From NCBI GenBank assembly GCA_039028615.1, contig JBCCHT010000012.1, positions 128,001 through 192,000 of the forward strand: 64,000 nucleotides of DNA. Reading direction: 5' to 3'. Made by a program: the position numbers and the translations under genes. Source of the stretch: Myxococcota bacterium. GTDB taxonomy: Bacteria; Myxococcota_A; Polyangia; Nannocystales; Nannocystaceae. Under the pieces are notes generated by a model that worked only from the letters and a program-made list of their open reading frames with translations, did no database searches and had not been told where the DNA came from. Of this stretch, positions 42,396 through 51,266 are shown one piece after another. The first letter of the stretch is position 1. Each line of letters begins with the position of its first letter.

Positions 42396-44068
42396 GTTCG
42401 GGAGCCCATCGAGCGACTCGCTCGGTCGTGGTGCCGTTTCCACGTAGTGGAGTCCCTGCGTCTCCGCCCACGGGTCCCGAGGTCGGCGATGTGGTGGCCG
42501 CAGGCCGCTACAGGCTCCTCGAACACCTCGGCGAGGGCGGCCTCGGGAACGTGTTTCGGGCCGTCGATCCAGCCGGTCTCTCGGTCGCCCTCAAGGTGTT
42601 GATCCCCCGCTATCGGGGCCGACCCGAACGGGAGCAACGACTGCTCGACGAACAGCGCTACATCGAGCAAGTCGGCGACCGCCGTCACGTCGTCGGGGCC
42701 ATCGAAGGGGGACGGCTCGAGGAATGGGGAGGCTGGCCCTACCTCGTGATGGAGTACCTGCCCGGCTCCTCGTTGTTCGCCCGCTTCATCCGGCAGCCTT
42801 CCCTGACGGTCGCCGAGCGCATCGAGATCGCCCTCCAGATCGCCAAGGGACTGCGATCGATCCATGCGGCGGGCGTCATCCACCGCGATCTGAGCCCGCG
42901 AAACGTCTTGCTCGTGCAGCGGGGCCAGGCACTCACCGTCAAGATCATCGACTTCAGTCATGCCGCGCGGGTCGTCGGGGCTCGGAATGTCGATCATCGC
43001 CGCCTGACCGGGGCTCATGAGGTCCCCGGTACTGCCCAATACATGGCCCCGGAGCAGGCCCGAGCCGTTTCGGCTGCGCCCGCCATGGACGTGTATGCGC
43101 TCGGGTTGGTCCTGCACGAGATGGTCACGGGTCGCGCTCCGTTCGCGGGGTTGGATCGATCGACCTGCATCGACCTTCGCAGCCGGCACGCACTCGAGGT
43201 CGCGCCGCTCGATCCTCGGGTCTACCCGGACTTTTCGCGGGAGTTCATCGATCTCATTGCCGCGTGTCTCCAAGAGGGCTGGCAACGACGGCCCTCGAGC
43301 GACAGTGTCGTCGCTCGGCTCGAATCGCTCGGGGGCGCCCGGCCCCGCGGTCCTGCGCCCGAGCAGCGGAAGTGGCTGCCGCCCGCCGTCGACCAGCGCC
43401 AGCCGCTTGTTCGTCCGCAGCTCCCTCGCTTGATCGAGACGGAGGTGGTCGAGGCCGTCGCCGTCGAGTGGGATCCCAAACGAACCCGACGTCGGCGAGC
43501 GGCGCTGGTTCTCGTTGTACTCCTCGCCGTGGCATTGCCCTCGGTGGTGTGGTTCGCGAGTTCTCCCTCTCCTCGTGCGTCGTGGGGACTGGTCGCCCTT
43601 CCCGTTCCCCCGTCGCCCAGCGTGCCATCGGTCGTGGTTCCCACCCCGCACGAGCCGGCTGCTTCTCCGAGTGCCATCGATACGGGCCCCGAACCGGCCG
43701 TGGGCCACAGCGAGACCCGCCCCCACCGCAAGCGCTCCTCGAAAAGACGCCGTCGCGCCACCGTGCGAGCCCGTCGGGTCTCCACCCCGTCGAACAAAGC
43801 TACGGGCGAGCGTTGCCACGACGTGCGACAGTCGGCCCACGACGCTGGCCGCCACCGTCAGTGGACGACGGTGCTCGCCCATACCCGGTCGGAGCAGTGT
43901 TGGTCCGCAGACGCGAACACGCGCGGCGTTCTGCGGGCCCAAGCGCTGATGAACCTGAGTCGGTGGGCCGAGTGTGCCGCGCTCGGGCGACAGGTCGACG
44001 ACGAGCGCGTGCATCGGTGGGCGGCCCGGTGCGAGGCACGAGCAACCCGGTCGGGAGATCCATCGTGA
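42392..44068 (+). CDS. Ser/Thr protein kinase (STK4, DFS variant) with TM
   Basis: GTGA-coupled; LGEGGLG, VALK, HRDLSPRN, DFS, GTAQYMAPE; TM AALVLVVLLAVALPSVVWF; Cys-containing C-terminal helices. Confidence 0.88.
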   Translation: MSSGAHRATRSVVVPFPRSGVPASPPTGPEVGDVVAAGRYRLLEHLGEGGLGNVFRAVDPAGLSVALKVLIPRYRGRPEREQRLLDEQRYIEQVGDRRHVVGAIEGGRLEEWGGWPYLVMEYLPGSSLFARFIRQPSLTVAERIEIALQIAKGLRSIHAAGVIHRDLSPRNVLLVQRGQALTVKIIDFSHAARVVGARNVDHRRLTGAHEVPGTAQYMAPEQARAVSAAPAMDVYALGLVLHEMVTGRAPFAGLDRSTCIDLRSRHALEVAPLDPRVYPDFSREFIDLIAACLQEGWQRRPSSDSVVARLESLGGARPRGPAPEQRKWLPPAVDQRQPLVRPQLPRLIETEVVEAVAVEWDPKRTRRRRAALVLVVLLAVALPSVVWFASSPSPRASWGLVALPVPPSPSVPSVVVPTPHEPAASPSAIDTGPEPAVGHSETRPHRKRSSKRRRRATVRARRVSTPSNKATGERCHDVRQSAHDAGRHRQWTTVLAHTRSEQCWSADANTRGVLRAQALMNLSRWAECAALGRQVDDERVHRWAARCEARATRSGDPS

Positions 44069-44898
44069 ACGTAGCGGCGACGCTCGGGCTCGTCGGGCTG
44101 CTGCTCGGCGCCTCCACCGAGACCAACGCTCGAGGCTCGGGCTCGAACGAGACGACTTCGATCGCCGCCTCGGAGGCGCGCCCCCACTCGGTAGCGCTCC
44201 GCATCGATGCGTCGTCGCTGCACGAAGACGAGCGAGAAGACGTCGCCCGCTGGCTGGACGAAGATGCCCGAGCTTCGTTGGCGGAAGCTGGCGCCCACGT
44301 GGAAGAGCCGGCGCAGCATGAAGTAGAGATCATGGTCCGCCCCGCCGACCTGGGCTACGTGGTCTCGATCGCCGTCCGCGGCCCAGACCGCGACGTGGTG
44401 CTCGTCGAACGAGAGCCCCGAACCTGCGCGGCATGCAACCACACCGAGCTGCTCGCGATGGTCGACCGGGAGCTGATGTGGCTCGGAGGATGGCTCGCCG
44501 AATACGACCCCCCCTCGGCCGCCCCCACCCCGCACGTGCCCCGGCCGACCGTTCGCGTTGCTCTCCCGGCTCCCACTGTCGATTCGACCGACGATGCACG
44601 CTTCACCCGAACCCAACGCGGTCGGTGGGTCGCAGGCGGCGTGATCACGACGGCAGGGGCCGCGTTCATCGGGACCGGTCTGTGGTTGGCATCGCACCGC
44701 GAGGTCCTGCCGCATGGCGAGGCCGAGGGCGTCCCCGTCCGCAGCTTTCGCGATGCGGGAGTGGCCATGGTCGCAGTCGGTGGCGCGGCCGTGGTCACCG
44801 GGCTCGGGCTCGCCATTTCGGCTGCAGTTCACCGGCGCCGAGCAAGACGGTCGTCTCGCGCCGCATCCATGTCATCGCCGTTGCGCTACTCGTTCTGA
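44065..44898 (+). CDS. Secreted/membrane hypothetical protein with two C-terminal hydrophobic helices
   Basis: GTGA-coupled; signal peptide; CAAC motif; two Gly-rich hydrophobic segments near the C-terminus. Confidence 0.75.
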   Translation: MNVAATLGLVGLLLGASTETNARGSGSNETTSIAASEARPHSVALRIDASSLHEDEREDVARWLDEDARASLAEAGAHVEEPAQHEVEIMVRPADLGYVVSIAVRGPDRDVVLVEREPRTCAACNHTELLAMVDRELMWLGGWLAEYDPPSAAPTPHVPRPTVRVALPAPTVDSTDDARFTRTQRGRWVAGGVITTAGAAFIGTGLWLASHREVLPHGEAEGVPVRSFRDAGVAMVAVGGAAVVTGLGLAISAAVHRRRARRSSRAASMSSPLRYSF

Positions 44899-44913
44899 AG
44901 GAAATCAAGAGAA

Positions 44914-46413
44914 GTGAAACACCCCTACGTCCGGCGGGTAGCCGTAGTCGCCGTTTTCGCGGGCATGACGGCCTGCGTCGAGATCGGCGCCACGCCGCAG
45001 TTTCACTGTCGCTACAACGGGGGTGATCGAGCCTGCGAGCGCCACGGAGACGCGCGCGTGTTCTGCTCGTGGGGCAGTGAAGTCTGCGGGCCGAGCCCCG
45101 CCAACGACGGCTGTGTCGCTCAACGGCCGGCCAACGAGTGCTACACCCCCTGCGGTGATGTGTTGGTCGACGAAGACGACCAGTGCCTGTACGACAATTC
45201 GTCGAGCAGCTCGGGCATGGAGTCCGATGGCTCCGAAGACTCGTCTTCGAGCGACACGACAGCAATGGGGGAATCGGAAAGCGGGAACGAATCGTGCTCG
45301 AGCAACGACGACTGCTCGCCCCTCGAGGCCCCGTACTGCGACGACGGCCAGTGTGTCTCGTGCGAGCTCGCGCCAGACGCGGATGGGGCCGACCTCGCAT
45401 GTGTGTCCAGCGACCCGCAGTTCCCGGTGTGCATCGACGGCGCCTGTTTGGGGTGCCGACCCGACACCAACGAGGGGTGCGAGGGGCCGACGCCCATCTG
45501 TGATTCCGCCTCGCACTCGTGTGTCGGCTGTCGCGACCACGACGACTGCGGCGAAGCGGGCTGCAACCTGTTCACGGGCGCGTGCTTGCCTGCCGATCAG
45601 GTCGTGCACATCTGGCCAGATTCAGGAGTCACTGCGCTGGTTGATGCCATCGCCGGGTTCGGCCCCCGTAGCGAAGGCACGGTGGTGGTGCACGGCAACG
45701 TGATTTCGGAAGGCCAAGCCACCGTCGACGAGGGTCGTGTCCTCGCCATCGTGGGTGAATGGGACGAATCTGGCCGGCCACAGTGGGAGCCGGGGCCGGA
45801 CGTGCATGCACTCGTTGTCGCGGAGGCAACCGTGATGGTCGACGGAATCGATCTCGTCAGGGGGGACTTTGACGAGCCGGCAGTTCGACTCGACGGTGGC
45901 CAGGCCTGGTTCGAAAGATGCTCGATGTATTCGCTCCCAGGTGGCTCGCTGTCTGCTCACGCTGGCTCGAACATCGTCGTTCAGAACAGCTTCATCGCAG
46001 GACTATCCAGCAGAACCAGCGCGGTCATCGAGGAGTCTCGGGCCACCATCCGGTACACCACGATGGCCTCCGAATCTCAGACCGTTCCGATGATCATGTG
46101 TGTTGCCCCGGAGTCCGTGGAGATTCAGAACTCCATCCTCGTTGGGAGCATGGCTCCTGAACTCCCACTCGACTGCGTAGAAGCGTCGGTCGTGGATAGC
46201 GCATTGAGCGGACAATCCCAATCGAGCTGGTTCGAGGACTTCTCGAGCGGGAATCTACACCTCTCTGAAACGGGCGCAGCAGAGTTCCAGGGCATCGCCC
46301 GCTGGCGGTACGGACACCCTCCCCGAGACATCGACGGTGACCCCCGCCCCGTCACCGATGGCAGCCCCGACTACCCGGGCGCCGACGTCCCGACCTTCGC
46401 CTCCAACCGCTAG
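44914..46413 (+). CDS. Cys-rich lipoprotein with beta-helix-like C-terminal domain
   Basis: Lipobox MTAC; repeated CxxxxDC / PxC units; VVQNSFIA and IQNSILV strands; C-terminal NLHL...RDIDGDPRP...GAD (choice-of-anchor-Q-like). Confidence 0.8.
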   Translation: MKHPYVRRVAVVAVFAGMTACVEIGATPQFHCRYNGGDRACERHGDARVFCSWGSEVCGPSPANDGCVAQRPANECYTPCGDVLVDEDDQCLYDNSSSSSGMESDGSEDSSSSDTTAMGESESGNESCSSNDDCSPLEAPYCDDGQCVSCELAPDADGADLACVSSDPQFPVCIDGACLGCRPDTNEGCEGPTPICDSASHSCVGCRDHDDCGEAGCNLFTGACLPADQVVHIWPDSGVTALVDAIAGFGPRSEGTVVVHGNVISEGQATVDEGRVLAIVGEWDESGRPQWEPGPDVHALVVAEATVMVDGIDLVRGDFDEPAVRLDGGQAWFERCSMYSLPGGSLSAHAGSNIVVQNSFIAGLSSRTSAVIEESRATIRYTTMASESQTVPMIMCVAPESVEIQNSILVGSMAPELPLDCVEASVVDSALSGQSQSSWFEDFSSGNLHLSETGAAEFQGIARWRYGHPPRDIDGDPRPVTDGSPDYPGADVPTFASNR

Positions 46414-46730
46414 AGCCCCGTCATCCCCCTCCTGCGCCCAATTTCCGAAATCCTGCAAAAACGGAAAAGCCATCTGCGAGATTGTCTGTTGTGCCTCCGC
46501 AGGCCGAGGACTAGCTTCGTTTCGAGGCAAGGAAACCCCGGCCGCCCACCAATCACGGCGCTCGCCGTCTCCGGCCGGACCCCGCCTCCAAACCACTGAA
46601 CGAAGGCCTCGCGAGGGTCGGTGTCACTTGCGCGCCTGCTCGTGGACCGTGGACCGAAAGCTCGGGCCACGGCGCCCTCGTGACTTCATTTCACCGTCGA
46701 GCGCCCGGCTCGAGGCAACGGAGCATCATC

Positions 46731-47420
46731 ATGACCAAGCCACTCTCTCTTTCCCTGCGTTCCTTCGCCCTCGGTTCGGCCCTCCTGGTGCCGTTGGCCT
46801 GCGATCCGAGCAGCCCGGCCGAGGCCATGCCAGCCGCCCCTGCGGCGACGCAAGAAAAGGCCGAGACCCCCGCGAAGGCCGAGCCCGCGACTCCCGTGGA
46901 CGCCGCGCTGGCCAAGGCATCCACCGCCGCGGTGACGAAGTTCGAGTCGTCCGGGATCGCGGCGGCGCCGATGCGCGTGCAGGTCAAGGCTCGTCTCGAT
47001 GCGGCGCCCGACGAGGTCTGGGCCTACGTGTCCGACAACGGCAACCTGCAAGAATACGCGGCGTCGGTCGGAGTGAAACACGTGGAAATCGACGACTCCA
47101 AGGCCGATGCCAACGGAGTGGGCGTGGTGCGAGAGTGCACGGCGATGGGCGACGAGAACATCGTGGAGGAGATCGTCTATGCGGAGGCACCCTACGTGTT
47201 CGGGTACTCGGCGGTGCAAAACCCCCTCGGGATGACCGACCACACCGGGGTCATCATCGTGCGGCCCGCAGCCGGCGGGACGACGGAGCTGGAGTGGCGC
47301 CAGTATTTCAACGCGGCCGACCCCAGCAACGAGACTTCGATGGCGATCAAGACGAAGATCATGACCACCGGGCTGCTAGCCTTCTTCACCAACAAGTACG
47401 GCGGCGAAGTGGTCTCCTGA
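46731..47420 (+). CDS. SRPBCC/START (polyketide cyclase-like) lipoprotein
   Basis: Lipobox PLAC; Ala/Pro linker; LDAAPDEVWAYVSD...GVGVVREC...IVEEIV...GTTELEWR. Confidence 0.85.
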   Translation: MTKPLSLSLRSFALGSALLVPLACDPSSPAEAMPAAPAATQEKAETPAKAEPATPVDAALAKASTAAVTKFESSGIAAAPMRVQVKARLDAAPDEVWAYVSDNGNLQEYAASVGVKHVEIDDSKADANGVGVVRECTAMGDENIVEEIVYAEAPYVFGYSAVQNPLGMTDHTGVIIVRPAAGGTTELEWRQYFNAADPSNETSMAIKTKIMTTGLLAFFTNKYGGEVVS

Positions 47421-47559
47421 GCGGCTTGCGCGGTCCGGTGGAGTTCGGCGGAGCCCATGCGCTCGGCCGGCCTCCGTCGCGCCGCCCCGACCAACGAAAT
47501 CGAGCCGACCGTGGACCGGCGGCGGGGACCAACGCTACCCTCGCCGACGAACCGGACCC

Positions 47560-50061
47560 ATGGTGTCTCCCCTCGACGACTCGCCGCACGCGCCCACTTG
47601 GAGGCCCGCACACTCTTTTTGGGCCCGGCGGCGAATCTACGGCGTGTCGTTGCTGGTGGGGCTGGTGAGCGTGGCCATCGCGTGGATGAGCATGGGCGAG
47701 TCCGCGTTGAGCCCGGGGCGACTGTCTCGGGCACACGCCATGCTGGAGAACGACTGCGCTCGCTGCCACACGCTGCCGTTTCGCGACGTGCGGGCGATCC
47801 TCGGTACCGACGCACAACGGACGATGAATGCCGCGTGCCTCGACTGCCATGGGCCACGCCTCGGGCACGACCGCATCAACCTCGATCCTCACCACGGGGC
47901 ACCCGGTGCCCGCCTGAAGGACGTGGCGTGCGCGGACTGCCATGTGGAGCACGAAGCGGCGGTCGCCCTGCGCGACGTGGCCGATCCGGCATGCGTGCGA
48001 TGCCATGGCGCTCTGGACGAGCCGATCGATCGCTTCGCAGGGGCGAGCGGTGAGGGCCTGCACCCGGACTTCCTGCCGGCCGAGGGCAGCGACGCGAGCA
48101 CCCTTCGCTTCGATCACCAGCTGCACCTGAAGGGTGGCCGCTCGACCTGCAGCGACTGCCATCACACGGAGGCACCCGCCGCGGCGCACCTGCGCGGCCG
48201 CTACATGCTGCCCGTCGACTACGCCAAAGACTGCCGCCGCTGTCATCCGCTCACCCTGGAGGTGGCGGACGTGCGAATCGACCTGCCGCACGACGTGCCC
48301 GCGGTGGTCAATGCCCACGTCAATCGAGTCGCGACCGAGCGAGGGCAGAGCAGCGAGTGGCAGGCGAACGTCGCGATGCACCTGTACGCCGAGTCGGGCG
48401 TCTGCGGCACCTGTCACACCATCGAGTCACTGCCCACCGGTCCGGCCATCGCTCCGGTGGCGATCCCGGAGCGCTGGTATCCGAAGGCCAGCTTCGATCA
48501 CGGGCAGCACACGGCCGTCGGCTATCAGAACGAGGACTACGGCAAGGACGCGGCGTGCCGGCATTGCCACTCCAACGCGCTGGCCAGCAACCACGCCTCG
48601 GACGTGCTCGTGCCCGGCATCGAGACTTGCCGCCAGTGCCACGGCCAAGGCACCACGGACCAGTGCTCGAGCTGCCACACCTTTCATCAGGCACGGGGGC
48701 CGCTGTCGGTGCGCTGGGATGACGTCGACGAGGAGACGGTGGCGTTCGGGCGCGACCAGACGCTCTACGGAACCCGCCGCGGCGACTCCTACTGGCCGCT
48801 CCGTGCGTTCTTCGAGCTGCCGGAGAAGATCTGGGAACGGCCCGACATCCAGCCGCGCAGCAGAGAGTTCTACGACGAGGTCTTCCGCCGCTACGGCCTG
48901 CACCCCTCGCCCGTCGAGAACGACGGGCTACCGATGGGCCTCATTCGCACCGACCTCCCCTACAAGGACGAGCCCGGTATCGCGATGACCTGCGAGCTGT
49001 GCCACTCGAGCTCCTTGTTCGGCACCATCTACGAGGGGCAGCCCAACCCGTTTTCCTCGATGGAGCAGCTGTTCCGCGAGATGTCGCGGATCTCCGACGG
49101 CGACGAGACCGACCCGCTCTACGACAAGAACCCCGGCCGCAACTCCATCGTCAACGGCGCGGACCAGCTCGGCCTGGTGGGTCTGATCATTCGCCAGCCC
49201 GACCTCGCCCTCGACCTTCCGGTCCTGGCCCAGGTCGTGAGCGACACGGCGATGGAGTACAAGCCCGAGTTCGACGCGCTGGCCTACGTCAAGACGCCGC
49301 CCTGGTACACCTACCGCACCAAGCGGAGCGGAGCCGCGGGCTACTACTTCGACGGCGGGCACCCCAAGGACGGCAACTTCTCCGCCTTCACGTACCTCGC
49401 TGGGTTCCACGAGCCCGATGGCGCGGACGTCCGTGCGGCGCTCAGCGACTGGATGCTCGGCGGACATGCCTACCTCGCGACCCTGCGCGGCCCCGCGTAC
49501 CCCTTCGCCATCGATGCCTCCGCGGCCCGACGCGGGCGCTCGCTGTACGAGAAACACTGCGCCAGCTGCCATGGGCACTACGAGGGGGACGAGGCCACGC
49601 CCGAGACCCTCGTCTATCCCGGCCTGGTCGTGCCCATCGAAGAGATCGGTACCGACCCTCATCGCGCGCACTTCCCCGTCTCGTTCAAGGTGCGCATGCG
49701 AAAGATCCTGCGCGACGAGTACATCCCCAACCGAGGCTACGCCGCGATGCCGCTGAACTCGGTCTGGGCCCGCGCCCCCTACCTGCACAACGGCTCGATC
49801 CCCACCCTCGCCGCGCTGCTCGACCCCTCGCTTCGCCCCCGTCGCTGGGCCCTGGTCGCCAACCCCAACAACGAAGACGACTTCCTGAAGGACGCGGTGG
49901 GCTGGCGCTACGAGACCTTGGCCGATGGTGAGCAGACCGATCACATGCGGGTCTACGATCCCGACGTCGTGGTCGGCCTCGGCAACGAGGGGCACACCTA
50001 TGGCTCGCAGCTGCCCGCTTCCGACCGCGCGGCGCTCATCGAGTTCCTCAAGACGCTCTGA
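47560..50061 (+). CDS. Membrane-anchored 12-heme cytochrome c: decaheme module fused to RoxA/MauG-like diheme domain
   Basis: N-terminal TM; ten CxxCH (CARCH, CLDCH, CADCH, CVRCH, CSDCH, CRRCH, CGTCH, CRHCH, CRQCH, CSSCH); then CELCH and CASCH with IGTDP, WARAPYLHNGSIPTL, GNEGH, ALIEFLKTL. Confidence 0.9.
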   Translation: MVSPLDDSPHAPTWRPAHSFWARRRIYGVSLLVGLVSVAIAWMSMGESALSPGRLSRAHAMLENDCARCHTLPFRDVRAILGTDAQRTMNAACLDCHGPRLGHDRINLDPHHGAPGARLKDVACADCHVEHEAAVALRDVADPACVRCHGALDEPIDRFAGASGEGLHPDFLPAEGSDASTLRFDHQLHLKGGRSTCSDCHHTEAPAAAHLRGRYMLPVDYAKDCRRCHPLTLEVADVRIDLPHDVPAVVNAHVNRVATERGQSSEWQANVAMHLYAESGVCGTCHTIESLPTGPAIAPVAIPERWYPKASFDHGQHTAVGYQNEDYGKDAACRHCHSNALASNHASDVLVPGIETCRQCHGQGTTDQCSSCHTFHQARGPLSVRWDDVDEETVAFGRDQTLYGTRRGDSYWPLRAFFELPEKIWERPDIQPRSREFYDEVFRRYGLHPSPVENDGLPMGLIRTDLPYKDEPGIAMTCELCHSSSLFGTIYEGQPNPFSSMEQLFREMSRISDGDETDPLYDKNPGRNSIVNGADQLGLVGLIIRQPDLALDLPVLAQVVSDTAMEYKPEFDALAYVKTPPWYTYRTKRSGAAGYYFDGGHPKDGNFSAFTYLAGFHEPDGADVRAALSDWMLGGHAYLATLRGPAYPFAIDASAARRGRSLYEKHCASCHGHYEGDEATPETLVYPGLVVPIEEIGTDPHRAHFPVSFKVRMRKILRDEYIPNRGYAAMPLNSVWARAPYLHNGSIPTLAALLDPSLRPRRWALVANPNNEDDFLKDAVGWRYETLADGEQTDHMRVYDPDVVVGLGNEGHTYGSQLPASDRAALIEFLKTL

Positions 50062-50642
50062 GACGTTCGCTAAAGCGTCGAACGAGGCGACGGTCGTGTA
50101 GCCTCGGCGACGCCGCGCTGCGCCTGGACATGGCTTCGGGTCGAGTTTCCGTGGGCGTGGCAGCCCCCGGTAGAGATATGAGCCAAGTCGAAATTCGGTT
50201 ACCGAAGAATCGAAGACGGGGACGAGTTTTTCTGGCCTACACGACCTCCCGTGCAGGCTTCTGCGCGATTGGGTCCCGATGAGGGCCCGCGACCGTGACC
50301 GTTCTCCACCGCTCCGTACGCTGTCGGGCATCCGCTGCATTCGTCGGTATCTGCGCAGCACTCCTTCGACTCGCCTTCGGGCATCGATCGGTGTCGGAGG
50401 AATGTGCGGATATTCGCTATCGTGAACATTCTCGTTTTTCTTTGAGACAAAACGAGTGACCGGACGGAGACAATCTTCATAAACGTCATTGATGGAATCA
50501 TCTCGCCAATTCGCACACGACGCCGTGGAGCTCCACGCCGTCGTCGAGGCCTCATCGACGCCTCGCCTCCTTCGTTCGAAGGCGTGTCGGCCACTTGGTC
50601 AGTCTCGCCCCGGCCACTTCGGTTCACTAGGCTGACTCGACA

Positions 50643-51266
50643 ATGGAGCGCAGCGACATCGAACTGCTCGATGCCTGGCAGAGTGGAGAGGGTGATGCCG
50701 GAGCCACCCTATATGCCCGGTACTTCGAACTCGTCCGCAACCTGTTGCGAGGGAAGACGGCCGAGGAAGAGGACGTCCTGCAGCGCGTCTTCGAATGCCT
50801 GGCGCGATCCCGCGGGGCGATGGAGATCCGCACGAGCTTTCGCGCCTATCTCGCCGCGATCGCCCGCAACGAGCTCATCAAGCACCTCCGCGAGCGGGCC
50901 AAGGACCCCCAAGACTTCGACCCGCAGATGGCCTCGGCCGAGTCCTTGATGCCCTCGCCGAGCGAGGTCGTGGCCCGACGGGCCGAGCACCAGGTCCTGC
51001 TCATGGCCCTGCTGCGAATTCCGCTCGATGCCCAGATCTTGCTCGAGCTGCACTACTGGGAGCACATGTCGACGGCCGAGCTGGGCGAGGCCTATGACGT
51101 CCCCCGCAGCACGGTCAAGTCCCGGCTGCAGCGAGCACGACGGCAGCTGGAGGACCAGTTTCGCGCCATGACCCTCGATCCGACGCTGGCCGAGCACACC
51201 ACGCGGAACATCCAGCGCTGGGTTCATGCCATTCGCGAGCAGGCCAACTGGGAGCTCGGGCGGTGA
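50643..51266 (+). CDS. ECF sigma-70 factor (ECF3)
   Basis: LLDAWQSG; EDVLQRVF...SFRAYLAAIARN; sigma4 LELHYWEHMSTAELG...TVKSRLQRAR. Confidence 0.92.
   Translation: MERSDIELLDAWQSGEGDAGATLYARYFELVRNLLRGKTAEEEDVLQRVFECLARSRGAMEIRTSFRAYLAAIARNELIKHLRERAKDPQDFDPQMASAESLMPSPSEVVARRAEHQVLLMALLRIPLDAQILLELHYWEHMSTAELGEAYDVPRSTVKSRLQRARRQLEDQFRAMTLDPTLAEHTTRNIQRWVHAIREQANWELGR

Noticed and set aside
41375..44068. Apparent 897-aa protein overlapping STK3 (similar over-extensions at 2365-4005, 32279-33682 and 43264-44898)
   Set aside because: The real genes start at ATGA/GTGA overlaps with the upstream stop; the extra N-terminal sequence is out-of-frame read of the neighbour.
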